DNA from: Felis catus
Lineage: Eukaryota
Reading direction: 5' to 3'
Length of the DNA stretch: 64,000 bases
Assembly (NCBI RefSeq): GCF_018350175.1
Contig: NC_058368.1
Coordinates: forward strand, 169,634,001 to 169,698,000
The notes under the pieces were generated by a model. That model had not been told where the DNA came from, did no database searches, and worked only from the letters and a program-made list of their open reading frames with translations. Of this stretch, positions 1 through 11,536 are shown piece by piece. The stretch's first letter is position 1. Each line of letters begins with the position of its first letter. Both the position numbers and the translations under genes were made by a program.

Positions 1-667
1 TCAGTGAAAAACTGCATAAGGTGAAAGAATAGCCCACCTTATCCTGAATCCCACCCTATTTGCATGAGGAGAGATGAGCAGGGTTTCAACAAAGTCCAAA
101 CCCCAGTAGCTTTAACAAGTTCCTGTAGCTTTAACAAGGACAAGGAAACTGTCCTAACTGTCCATTTCCTAACAAGGAAAATGGAGCTCTGTGGGGTACA
201 AAATTTCAAATTAGAAGGAAATGCAAGGGGCAGGGTGGCACCAGTGAAAACGACTGGTCTTTGAAACTATGCACCTGGCTTCATTAAAATCTCTAGAAAT
301 AAACAATGAAAGTGAGAGCTGTTCAATATTTAAAAAGAAACTACCTATTCGAGCACCTGGTGTCAGGGAGCCAGGAGGCTGTAGGAGTTCAGAACTTGCC
401 AGGGTTCCAAGTAGAAGACAAACTGTCTGTCTCAGGCATACAGAGGCCTGGGAGCTCAGAGTGTGATGTTACCATCTGTGTGATTGTCACAATCAGCTAC
501 CCAGTAATGTTCATAAAGCAGTGAGGGGCTCATGACAGTGGGCACATTTTGGCTTTTCTGGAAGCCAGGGAAGAAGAAAGCAGCACTAAATGTTGATTCC
601 TTTGTTTCTCTTCCTTTTTTGGAAGGTATGGCAAAAAGTAAAGCAGTGGTAATACAATAACAAAAAA

Positions 668-830
668 AATAATAATAATAATTGCCAACATTTATCGAGC
701 GTTATGTGCCAGGCACTGTGAACACATGACATACTTATGTCATTTAATCCTTACAACCAACCTATACAGCTATGCTATTATTATACCCATTTTACAGAAT
801 GGGAAAGTGAAGGTTAATGAGAGTGAACTC
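668..830 (-). mobile_element. MIR SINE fragment
   Basis: Antisense MIR core: 'aacatttatcgagcgttatgtgccaggcactgtg...catttaatccttacaaccaacctat...cccattttacagaatgggaaagtgaagg'. Confidence 0.8.
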
Positions 831-846
831 CAACCGTGGTCTATCT

Positions 847-1063
847 AGGGGTCTGAGAACTACAGTCTGCAGGCCAAAGCTAGCCTGCTGCATGTTTTTG
901 TCAATAAAGTTTTATTAGAACATAGTGATTCTGTTTGTTTACGTACTTTCTATGGCTGCTGTATGACTACAGAGGCAGAGTTGAGGGGTTGTGACAGAGA
1001 CCATATGACCCCCAAAGCTGAACAATATTTACTAATGGTCCTTTAGAGAAATAATAGCCCTCT
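847..1063 (+). mobile_element. MER58A-like hAT-Charlie DNA transposon (non-autonomous)
   Basis: Collinear with recalled consensus: 'aactacagtctgcaggccaaa...tttttgtcaataaagttttattagaaca...tttacgtactttctatggctgct...gcagagttgag...gacagagaccatatg...atatttactaatggtcctttagagaaa'. Confidence 0.85.
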
Positions 1064-2269
1064 TGTCTATCTGACTGTAGAGTCCACCTGATGTGGAATC
1101 CCGAGAGTTGTCACTCCAGGGAGTATTTTAGTTATAAAAGAGCATGGAAAGTGCGGCAACAGTAGAAAAAGAGCAGTAGACTGGGAACCCGGAACTCTGG
1201 ATTCTAGTCCGACCTCTGTCAAAAAGTGGCCTGGGACCTCGGAACGATCACTCTGCCTCCTAAGAAATCTTTTTTCTGATCTACTAATGAAAGCCACATT
1301 GCCACGTTTCCAAATTAGAAGGTGTCCTAAACACTTTTTTTGGTTTTCAGGAAGCTATTTCACTGGTTCTCCATGGCAACTCTCACAGCCCTTGGCAAGT
1401 TGCCTTTTGAAGTCTTATTTCTCTATGTTTTGGTTATGGCACCTTTGAGTAGTTTGGGGATGGAAATAGTACTATATGTTTGATGCAAAGACCTATTTTT
1501 GTTTTCTTTTTGTGAACACCAGTGTTTCCTTCCCCTGAAACAACCTAAGCCTGACGTTTTCTCTGGAGAGGTAGAAGGCTGAAGTTAAAGAGTAATATGA
1601 AAAATCCTGAAAAGATTATGTGAAAACCATTGAGTTTTACCCTATGAAGGAACATCCAAAATTCCTACACAGTATGGGCTTCAGATCAGTGCAGGTGCCT
1701 GTGGAACAGGAGATTCTTCCACTGAAGGACTAACAGAGCTGGGTCATTTTAGATCTCAAGAAATCCAATCTTCGGCCTTCTATAGTTGAAATCAGTCCTG
1801 GTGTAGCTTTGCTCTGAAAGATTGAGGGAAAGGACTGTTTAGTAAAATACAGACTGCCCTTGTGAGAAGTGTCTGAGCTATCGCCTTATACAAGGAGGAT
1901 TTGATGGGAAGGTTGATATTGGGACATTGTCTTGTTCTGTGATGCAACATGGTGGTTTGAAATAAGAAACGTGTTAGTTTGGTGATCCTGTCTTGACTCT
2001 TTCCTATTTAGAGTATAAAGATTTGGAGTGGGAGCCAGAAGAAGATAATTAAATGTAAGTCTTTGAATTCAACCTCAGTCAAGTTTGAGTCTGAGAGAAG
2101 CTATACGAATATTTTAGGAACAGCAAAATGTCAGAACTTCATGTGCATGATTTGAAAATGAACTTCTGTGTGGCTAATATGAGCTGTAGCCTGTTGGGTC
2201 TCAAGCTGATATAACACTGCCTATTCTGGGCTTGCTTTGTGTTCACCTCCTCTTATGATCCAAGGCATT

Positions 2270-2694
2270 TGAGGTCGGTCCAAGGTGGCTCCTAAAGAGA
2301 GATGTCTGTGTCCTTATTCCAGGAACCTGCAAATGTTACCTCATTTGGGGAAGGGGCCTTTGCAGAGATAGTGAGATCACCCGGGATTATCTGGGTGAGC
2401 CCTAAATCTAATGACAAGTACCCTTATAAGAGACAGACTGGAAAACACAGTGAAAAGGAGGCCACATGACCCCAGAGGCAGAGACTGGAATGATGTGGCT
2501 GTAAGTCAAAATATGCCAACCGTTACCAAAAGCTGGCTATGAAGCGTTCTCCACTAGATCTGCAGAGGGAGTGTGGGCCTGTTGGTGCCTCGATTTCAGA
2601 CTTCTGGCATCCACGACGGTGAAAGGATAGGTTTCTGTTGTGTTAAGTTACCCAGTTTGTGGTCATTTCTACAGCAGGCCCAGAAAACTAGTAT
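2270..2694 (+). mobile_element. MLT1 (MLT1C/D-like) ERVL-MaLR solo LTR
   Basis: 'ggaacctgcaaatgttacctcatttgg...ggcctttgcaga...gattatctgggtgagccctaaatctaatgacaagt...ttctgttgtgttaagttacccagtttgtggtcatttctacagcaggcccagaaaactagtat'. Confidence 0.85.
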
Positions 2695-3789
2695 CGTTCT
2701 CAAAACACATTTATCTAAACCATCCTGCTGTCTTCTGGAGAAGCGTCTGGGGGTTTCTCCAGTCTCCCCAGGATCCTGTCAGAGAATGAAAGGCTGCAGG
2801 ATTACGTTGATTTGTGACAGACACAGTATTGGGGCAAGATGAGAAAGGCATAAAACTAGACAAGAACCCTTCAGTATTTGATTCATTTTGTGGGATTACT
2901 TACCCACTGACAGTTTAGAATACACATTGGAATAAAAACAGGAAGATGTTTTCACTGACTTGCCACCATTTACCACAGAATGTTACTCATCTAGTTCTAA
3001 TTTGAGTAAAGTCTTTTCAAGAGGAAATCACTGGATACTTGTCAATAATAGAGAATATGAATAATTTTCACTTCTCAGGAACTTCTAATTTTTAGAGCAC
3101 TTTTAATATGCAGACCAATTTGCACCCTCTCATCTCACAATAACTCTGTGAAGCAGGTCAGACAGGTATGATTATGGATCTTTCAAAGCTGTGCATCTTA
3201 ACGCTGGAGAGCTAATGAAGGAAGCCACATTGGAAGGTTATTTTTCCAGATTCAATACCCTGCTCACCCACCTACCCCTTAGGGAATAACTGCACCTAAC
3301 AGAGACTTGACAAATTGACACCATATTTACTTGGAAATGTCCTTGCACGAGACCAGACAAAAAAAAAGTTTTAGAAGAAAAATAGAGATTTTTCCTATCA
3401 CATAACAAAACACACATATAAAATATATACATGTGTCCTACACAGAATATGATAAAGATTGCATTTCACATTGGGGGTAAGGAGGTAGACCATTAATAAA
3501 TGGTGCTTATTTGGAGAAAAAATAAAATTGCATATCCACCTCAAAACACATAAAAATAATTTGCATATGAAAGATTTAATTGCAAAAATCAAGACTAGAA
3601 ATATAATAGAAGATGTACAGGAAAATATCTTAATCATTTGAGCGTAAAGAAGGCTTAATGCATAGTATGAACTTAAGAGCTAAAAAATTAGACAAATTTG
3701 ATTATAAAAGCTAAAAATTGTATGGCCAAAGATGGCATCAATAAAGTTAAAAGAAAAAGAAAACAATATACAGTGGTGTTATTTGCAAA

Positions 3790-3975
3790 TTTATTCAACA
3801 CTTTTGGAGCTATTTATTCAACTATGGGCCAGACACTGTAGTCAGAGTTGGGAACAAAACACTGAATAAGGTAAGTGCATGCTTGACCTCACGAATTGAG
3901 TGAGGAATACACACTGAACAAGTACCTTTGAGTGTAATGAGTATTATAAAGGTCAAGTCTGGATACCATGGGAAA
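3790..3975 (-). mobile_element. L2 3' end fragment
   Basis: 'ttattcaaca...tatttattcaactatgggccagacactgtagtcagagttgggaacaaaacactgaataag...gacctcacg' resembles the antisense L2 tail. Confidence 0.6.
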
Positions 3976-4080
3976 GGATGACACGGGTAAGTAGTGACAG
4001 ACAAGAGTTAACATCTCTAATGTACAAAGGACTCATGGAAATCAATAAGAAAAACATTAGTATAGAAAAGTTGGCAATGG

Positions 4081-4289
4081 AGGGTGCCTGGGTGGCTCAA
4101 TTAGTTGAGCATTTGACTCTTGATCTTGTCTCAGGTCACGATCTCACAGTCGGTGAGATGGAGCCCTGCACAGAGCTCTGCACTGACAGTGCAGAACCTG
4201 CTTGGGATTCTCTCTCTCCCCTCCCCAACTTGTGCGTGTGCCTTCAGTCTCTCAAAATAAATAAATAAACTTTAGAGAAAAAAAAAAAA
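4081..4289 (+). mobile_element. CanSINE (SINEC, felid)
   Basis: Head 'gggtgcctgggtggctcaattagttgagc', CT-rich linker, 'aaataaataaataaac' + A tail; degenerate TSD agaaaagttggcaatg / agaaaaattgacaatg. Confidence 0.95.
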
Positions 4290-4562
4290 GAAAAATTGAC
4301 AATGTATATGCCATGGAAATTCCCAGATGAAGAATGAAAAGATAATTATCCTAATGAATAATCAAATATATGCAAATCAAAGGTAGATATAATGTTTTGC
4401 CCATCAGATTATGAAAGAATAAAGTGAGTTCATTAAAAACTGTTAATAATGAGATATAGAGGGATGGGCACTCTTGCATTCTTTGGTAGGAGTGTAAATT
4501 ATAGAAAATGTGATATGCATATTAACATTTACTGTTTAAAAATCTGTTACCCGATCTAATAT

Positions 4563-4801
4563 ATTATGGACTGAACATATCTGTTCCTCCCAAAATTCAT
4601 ATTGAATTGAATTCATATTGAAGCCCTAACCCCATAATGTGATGGTTTTTGGAGGCGGGGCCTTTGAGAAGTAATTAATGTTAGACGAGGTCAGGAGGGT
4701 GGAGCCCCATGATGGCATTAGTGCCTTCATAAAAAGAGATACCAGAGAGCTTGCTCTCTCTCCACAGACACACTCTGCAGAAACGCCATGTGAGGATATA
4801 G
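4563..4801 (+). mobile_element. MLT1A-like MaLR LTR, 5' part
   Basis: 'tatggactgaa...caaaattcatattgaagccctaacccc...gtgatggtttttggaggcggggcctttg...gatggcattagtgccttcataaaaagaga...ccatgtgaggata'. Confidence 0.8.
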
Positions 4802-4944
4802 TGGTTATGCAGCAACCGATAGGGAGATTCTTACATGTAGATATGGGAATGTGTCATGAGATATTTTGTTCAGTAGGAATTGTAGTTCGATATGTATAGC
4901 ATGATCCACTTATGTAAACAATGTATATAAAGCATATATACGCA

Positions 4945-5150
4945 ACAATTTATAAACTGCTACAGGGTGCCAAGTACTATGCTCAGCACTTAACATAGTT
5001 TATCTCAGTTTTTCCATATAATAGCCACATGTGGTAGGTAGTATCCCTATCCCTGTTTCACAGATAAAATACTGAGGGCTAAGAGGTTAATTTGCCTATT
5101 CACACTAAGTGGCCAAGCTGGAATGTGAATCCATGCTCTTCACCATTACA
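4945..5150 (-). mobile_element. MIR fragment
   Basis: 'tgccaagtactatgctcagcactt...tccctgtttcacagataaaatactgagggctaagaggttaatttgcc...cacactaagtggccaagctggaatgtgaatcca'. Confidence 0.75.
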
Positions 5151-5325
5151 GTCTGCATAAACGTTCAAACGGGACAAATACCAATGGTTACTATTGTAAA
5201 ATAGGGATGGGAATAGGAATGAAACTACATATGCCTTTAATTTTTTGATATTGTTTATTGTAATTATTGGTGATATGGGATTGTTGTTAAAAATTCAAAG
5301 GCATTTCTGTTTTTGGATGAAAAAG

Positions 5326-5543
5326 GGGGCACCTGGTGGCTCAGTTGGTTAAGTGTCTAATGAGCTCAGGTCATGATCTCGTAAGTTTGAGACCCACATT
5401 GGGCTCTGTGCTGACAGCTCAGAGCCTGGAGCCCACCTTAGATTCTGTGCCTCACTCTCTCTCTGCGCCTCCCCTGCTTGCACTCTGTCTCTCTCTCTCT
5501 CTCAAAAAAAAAAATAAATAAAAACATTTGAAAAATTTAAAAA
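5326..5543 (+). mobile_element. CanSINE (SINEC_Fc2-like)
   Basis: 'ggggcacctggtggctcagttggttaagtgtc...gggctctgtgctgacagctcagagcctggagcc...(CT)n...aaataaataaaaacatt'. Confidence 0.95.
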
Positions 5544-5786
5544 GAGAATGTATAATTCCTGACTTTTGCCTATCTATGAGATAATGTCTACAGTCAGTGA
5601 ACTGTTCATGTTGTCATATTAATGCAAAATACATTGAAAGCTATCATTTAGGATCATTTCTTAATTAATTAAGCTGTTATCAGAAAACCAATTCAGTTTA
5701 TAAATGAGGGAAAGAAAGCTTTAATACAAATTATTTTTCTATAAAACTTGCAAGACAGAGAAAACTATAAAATGTCAAAACTTGGG

Positions 5787-5997
5787 GGGGGTGCCTGGGT
5801 GGCTCAGTCCGTTAAGTGTCCAACTTGGGCTCAGGTCATGATCTCACGGTTCATGAGTTCGAGTCCCGTGGCGGGCTCTATGCTGACAGCTCAGGGCCTG
5901 GAGCCTGCTTCTGATTCTGTGTCTCCCTCCCTTCAGCTCTTCCCCTGCTCACACTCTGTCTCTCTCTCAAAATAAATAAAGATTAAAAAATTTTTTT
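5787..5997 (+). mobile_element. CanSINE (SINEC_Fc2-like)
   Basis: Full head-to-tail element; TSD aaaatgtcaaaacttgg (5769-5785) / aaaatgtcaaagcttgg (5998-6014). Confidence 0.97.
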
Positions 5998-6149
5998 AAA
6001 ATGTCAAAGCTTGGAGTGACCACCATAGAGTTCCCTAAGTTTGTATTATTCAAAGGGATACCATTTATTTTCCTGCCATATCATTTGACAGACACAGTTG
6101 TGGCTTGGTGAAAACAGGTTTACAATGAAAACAAATTAGATTGAATTAA

Positions 6150-6350
6150 CTTAAAAATTTGTATTAATATCTGGGCCCTGTCCTTTTACTAGCTAGTTCA
6201 TTAAATAACAAATTATTTACTCTCTTGGAACTTTACTTTCTTCATATTTAAAATGGGGATGTTAGTCCCTAACTTTCTGGGTTTACATATATTAAACCCT
6301 CTAATATGCCCAGCACATTGCCAACCACTTAGGAGCTTAAAAAGCATTGA
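6150..6350 (+). mobile_element. MIR fragment
   Basis: 'tttactagctag...aaattatttactctcttggaactttactttcttcatatttaaaatggggatgttagtccctaactt...gcccagcacattgcc'. Confidence 0.65.
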
Positions 6351-7599
6351 CTATATATCTATAGAGATACAATTTAAACTCTCAACTAGAGAGTTAAATT
6401 GGTCATCTCAGATTTTTCTGTCCTCAGCTACACTAGTCCAGAAGGAAGGTGGTTTTCTCCCACTCACTAGCACAAGCCGGCAACAGCACCATCCGGACTG
6501 GATGTTCATCACTATGGTAACAACCGTGGTCTCCCTGCTTCCTGCTCAGTGTTTATTCTCCCATTTTTCTCTCTTCTCAGAGCCAGACTCAGCATTATGG
6601 CTCCCAGTCAGAAGTCCTTTTCAAAAGAATAGACAAATTATAGCAAATGGAAATTGGACAGAATCTCTTTTTCCCTCAAAATAAGATGCTGCTATAGTAC
6701 CTTTTTTTTGGTAAAAGGAATCTAAATATGGTACTTCCATCCTTGACACAACACTAGATTACTTTGATGGAAATATAAGCAGGAGGCAAGGTTTTTGATA
6801 CTCACTTAATCCTAATGGATTTGCTGACTACTCTTTAAAGCCCTAACCTAGGAACATTCCATTGAAGGGACTATGAAAGTAAAGACACAGACACAGGAAT
6901 GCAATCAGTAGATCCGAAGGTCCATGGGTTGGGTGGCTTTGTTGAAAAAGAAGGCTGACAGAGGTGAGGAGTGGGATATAAAACTGGAATGCTAGTTTGG
7001 GGCCGTGTTGTCAAAGAATGGACACTACTAACCGTGTTAGTTTCTTGAAAGAAAGTCATCTCTCCTTGTACCAGATTTCTCCGTAATGATCTCTAGAGCA
7101 CTTTACTCCCCATTTCTTTGATTCTAGCATCTTCAAGAGACCCTAAAGTAGGGAAACTCAATGATATTTGGTCTAAAGCAGTTTACCATCTACGGCCCTA
7201 GGTGCAATGGTTACATTTGCACAAATTATTTTCTTCTTAGCTTCCAGTTTCTGAGATGCAAATCTATCTAGATTATTGTTTTTACAGGGAAAATATTTTT
7301 GCAAACATTAAACTGACAATTTTTTCATTCCAAGAAATCATGTTGCTGTGTGGTTCTGCACTTATTAAATCAGTGGGCTTCATCATTTCACAGGAGGTTG
7401 GAACAGAGAAGTCATTTCTTGGCCTTCAGTGGGAAAACATATTTTTAAAAATTCACAGTGAGACCATAGTATTGAAATCGAGACTTTGTTAGGAGGGGAA
7501 AAAGTTTGTTTAAATTTGCCAAAATTCCTTTTACAAATCAGATGCTAAGCCTAGGGACTCTGGGTCACAGAATTTTATTATAAGCCATAGGGTAAATGA

Positions 7600-8176
7600 C
7601 TGATATATGTTTTAAGGGATGTTTCTACCTTACAGGAACAGAGGAAAACCTTCATATTTCTGAGGAGGTGGATGGGAGGAGAAAGGAGAAGAAATACACG
7701 TCATTAGACATGAATATCCCAGCAGTCTGGCCTCTTGGGGTTGTACTTTGTTGGATTATGTGGTGGAAACACGTTCCAGAACAGTGGGTTTATTCTAGCA
7801 TATATTTCAGAGCATCCCCACAGTTGGCATGACACTACGTCTAACATGGTGCCAGACAGGAATTTAGAAATGGCTGAGGGAGGTGTCTAGAGGGCTGAGC
7901 TTTAGATATCACCCCATTTATTCATATCCTACCGTATGTCTTATCCTTGCAGAGATAGGAAAGGAAAGAAGCAATGGACCAGAAGAGCCCTAACATCAGA
8001 CTGAAGCCATTGTGGGGCGTTTGGGTGGCTTAGTCAGTTAAGTGTCTGACTGTTGATTTTTGGCTCAAGTCATGATCTTGCAGTTCATGAGATCGAGCTC
8101 TGTGTTGGGCTCTGTGCTGACAGCATGGAGCTTGCTGAGATTCTCTCCTTCTCTCTCTGCTCCTATCCTGCTTGTG

Positions 8177-8210
<34 letters not shown>

Positions 8211-8690
8211 AGACATAAACTTTTAAAAAAGAAGGCATTACACATGTCACCTTATAACTAAGGCTGTGACTTCAGCAGAGGGAGTCAACATGGCATATGA
8301 AGGAACCAGGTGAGGAAAAGTATACTTCAATGGAAGCCACTATTGTCACATGGGCAGCAGATGAAACAAGTTACAGCACATCAGATACCAGCAAGGATCC
8401 AGGGGGACAGTACATGACCCTAAGGACATTTCATTTACAGTATGTGGTCACACACAAGTGACCACATCCAGCTTGAGCAGGATGAGGTAAAGGAAAGGGA
8501 CCAGAACAATCCTTAGAAGAAGATCAAATTTTGAACTAAGACTGAGGCATTTTTAGATAGCAAATATATAGAGAATCAAGAAAGTTTATTTTTACTAAGT
8601 GTGTGTAACTTTTGAATGCTCTGTGTTCTTAACCCCACAGAGAACTTCTTGGGGGACTTCTGGTGGAGTAAATGTATATTTAGCCTTAAA
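7600..8690 (+). mobile_element. Ancient LTR-like element (MamGypLTR-type), interrupted by a SINE
   Basis: Resembles recalled MamGypLTR motifs ('ggcatgacact...atggtgccag...ggctgagggaggtgtctagagggc', 'aaattttgaactaagactgag'); heavily decayed, boundaries uncertain. Confidence 0.4.
8014..8230 (+). mobile_element. CanSINE
   Basis: 'ggggcgtttgggtggcttagtcagttaagtgtctgact...(CT)n...cataaacttttaaaaaa'; degenerate TSD gaagccattg / gaaggcatta. Confidence 0.95.
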
Positions 8691-9044
8691 TAATAGAGAA
8701 AAAATAGCCACTCCTAATGGGTGACCTAAGAATATAATAGAATTAGATTCAAAATCACAGCATCTCATGGGTAAGGGAGATTTTTTAGTTCAACCACCTA
8801 GTTAACCCATACCAGCAAAAATTGAGCCTACCCATGTGCAGCCAGCAGACTGCTGTGATGTGCTTTGATGACTGGAATCCTTGTTATCCTACCCATTACC
8901 CAATGAATACAGATTTCAAATAAAAATACATGTTATTTGTGCACACTAGTTTTTGTAAGGCATTGTGCATTCTGTGAATGCTCCATAAATATTTGCAATA
9001 GACTAGAGCAAAAGAGGGTTAACTTGCAAGAGATCTTAGAGGTC

Positions 9045-9205
9045 ATGTGTTTTAATGTTTCTCTGGATAATCTTCATTGGAATCACCTTAACTGTGTTCC
9101 AACTCAGATTCTTGGACCCCACCCTTTACTGAATCACAAATCTCTAGTGATGAACTTGGGGTCTTCAGTTTAAATAGCAGATTTGCTTTATGCCCTTCAC
9201 ACTAA
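9045..9205. mobile_element. MER5A-like hAT fragment nested in a MIR-family element (approx. 9010-9310)
   Basis: 'cattggaatcacct...cagattcttggaccccaccctttactgaatcacaaatctct' flanked by MIR pieces 'agatcttagaggtcat' and 'ctatccaatctctcatgtaacagatgaggaaactg'. Confidence 0.55.
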
Positions 9206-10992
9206 TGATCTATCCAATCTCTCATGTAACAGATGAGGAAACTGCAGTGCAAAACAAATGGCTTGGTCTGGATCACTGCACTGATTAGTGAAAAAGAGCC
9301 AAGATTTTATCTAATTAACACTTGTCGACAGTTCATTAATGCAGGGAGTCAGTTTCTACACACAGTATGGAGAAAGAGGATGGAGAGGTGTTGGGGATCA
9401 TTGCATAAGATGTACCAGGTTGGTTGATCTTGGCTTGTAGTCACTCGATTCTCTTTTCTTTCCCACACTCCACCTCCATGACTCTCTCCAAGCTGTTGTT
9501 CATATGGTAATCATTCCTATGGATGTGACAAGGTCAGTAACCTCTTCCAGCTTGGAGTTACATTCTCAGTCCAGTAATACAAGAATTTGGATGATCAGCA
9601 CATTTTAGTGATGAGGTTCTGGAAAAACTGACTTCTTACCCAGAACCACATACAGCATCGCATTATACTGGGAGAATGATTTCCTGTATTATATGGGAGG
9701 TACACGTGGACCCAGGACCAAGACCAGTCGTCCACCCACAAATGTCATTCCTTTCTTAATTTGAGAGATTGACCAGGAATGCTTATTCCAAATCAATAGA
9801 TTGTTTTTATTTAATTTTCCCCAAGAAAGGAAGTTAGGCTTTCAGTCCAGGGACAATTTCTTTTCAGACACAATTGCAGTGAACCAGTTGTTATCATCAG
9901 AGACCCCTTTAATTCCATTCTTCTGTTGTCCTAAATGCAATGCAGATTTTTGTCTTTATGTCTCCAGCAGGTATTCAGCCTTGCCTAATTCCACTTCCCC
10001 TCTGTAGGATGCATTCCCATTTCTAGAGTTGTTCTCTAGAACAACTTGCTCTCACCTACCTGTTTATATGTTTATGTGCATTTTAATGTTATCATTTGTA
10101 TTCAACAAATGACCTTTAAGGGACAATCATAAAGTAACTGATTTTTTTTTCTCTTATGACTACTATATAGCAAACCCACTTCTAAGACTGGTTCTTTCTG
10201 TCCCCAGATGATACCACACGCCAGAAAATAAAATACCCTTTCATGTGCAGAGTAGTGTCAATTCTGCTACCTGGATGTCTGTCCAGTCAGAACTCCAAGT
10301 TTATTGAAAGCTACAGTCTCTCTCCTCCTCCAGCTTTCACCTGGCAGGGCCCAAGATGTGAAGGTGAGCAGAATGTGATTGGCTTCCTTACTCTGCCAGC
10401 TCTTCTCTGCCTTCCTCCCCCACTCCCTGACAAGATAAGAGGGAAGGAGAAGAGGCAAGGACTGACATCAATTTGTGGCAGACATTTAAAGTTGACTTTG
10501 TCCTGGGACATTTTCCTGGGTGCTTTGGGACTGTCCATTGCTGGGAATCTCTCACCAACCTTTTTCTCAATGTGGGCACATGCTTTTGAGGACCAGTACG
10601 GCTTTCTCTCCCTGCTTCCTGGGTATCTTGTGATGCATCTCCATCTCTGAGCGCACCATTTTCCCAAAATACAGCCCATTTTTCCTTTAGCCTCCTGTTA
10701 GCACCAAGCCTCAGCCACATAGTTAACCCATAGATTTCTCAGGCACTGGTTTCATGCTAGCCTGGTATCAGAGAGCACACTGAAGGTTCAACTTGTGGTC
10801 TACTTTATTCTCCCTCACTAGACTAGAAGACAGGAGAAAGCAACATTGATCACTCTCCCAACTGGGGGGTTGGAGAGGGTACAGTGTGCAGGAAGGGATG
10901 AGACATAGCACTGTGGTAAATCTCTACAGAAATGTTTTTCTCTAATTGCTATTCTGCAGGTATTTAATTTCAACCATTTTATATCCTTCTCT

Positions 10993-11013
10993 TTAAGTTT
11001 ATTTATTTATTTT

Positions 11014-11048
<35 letters not shown>

Positions 11049-11215
11049 TGCACATGGGGGAAAGGCAAAGAGAGAAGGAGAGAGACAATCCCACACAGGC
11101 TCCATGCTGTCAGCACAGAGCCCAACTTGGGTCTCAATCCCACGAACTGTGAGATCATGACCTGAGCCAAATCCAAGAGCTGGATCCTTAACCAACTGAG
11201 GCACCCACGTGTTCC
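10993..11215 (-). mobile_element. CanSINE
   Basis: Antisense: 'tttatttatttattttgagagagacag(AG)n...gtcagcacagagccc...gagatcatgacctgagcc...accaactgaggcacccacgtg'. Confidence 0.95.
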
Positions 11216-11487
11216 TCTTATACCCTCCTTTTGAGAAAGGCAAAGCTGGATTTGAACTACGTGCATCACAATTCTTGCAGAGGTAGTCTTGTGCATCCTT
11301 TTAGAATCTGGGAATCCTTTCCAGCTATTGTCTTAGAGCTTAGCTTCAACTGAGGCTTTTACCTTCCTGTTGTGTTCAGTTAGAGACAGATCTGTGCAAC
11401 TGACCAGAGGGTGGTGAGGACATAACCTCTGAGGGTTATCCACCTCTCTCTTTCCTTATGTTTGGGGCCTTCTCCTCCCCTCTTCCA

Positions 11488-11536
11488 CTTTTTTTTTTTA
11501 ATTTTTAACATTTATTTATTTTTGAGAGACAGAGAG
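11488..11536 (-). mobile_element. CanSINE tail-only remnant
   Basis: '(T)n aatttttaacatttatttatttttgagagacagagag' with no SINE body following. Confidence 0.65.

Larger units (their letters stand above)
3430..5290 (+). mobile_element. Ancient L1 (L1ME-like) ORF2 3' region and 3' UTR, fragmented by later insertions
   Basis: A-rich degenerate L1 motifs ('ttaataaatggtgct', 'gacaaatttgattataaaagctaaaaattgtatggccaaaga', 'ttttgcccatcagatt', 'ggtaggagtgtaaatt'), interrupted by L2, SINE, MLT1 and MIR pieces. Confidence 0.6.

Noticed and set aside
6545..6720. Strong polypyrimidine tract + AG and a 143-aa ORF (6253-6684)
   Set aside because: ORF starts in a MIR, no good downstream donor, no recognisable product
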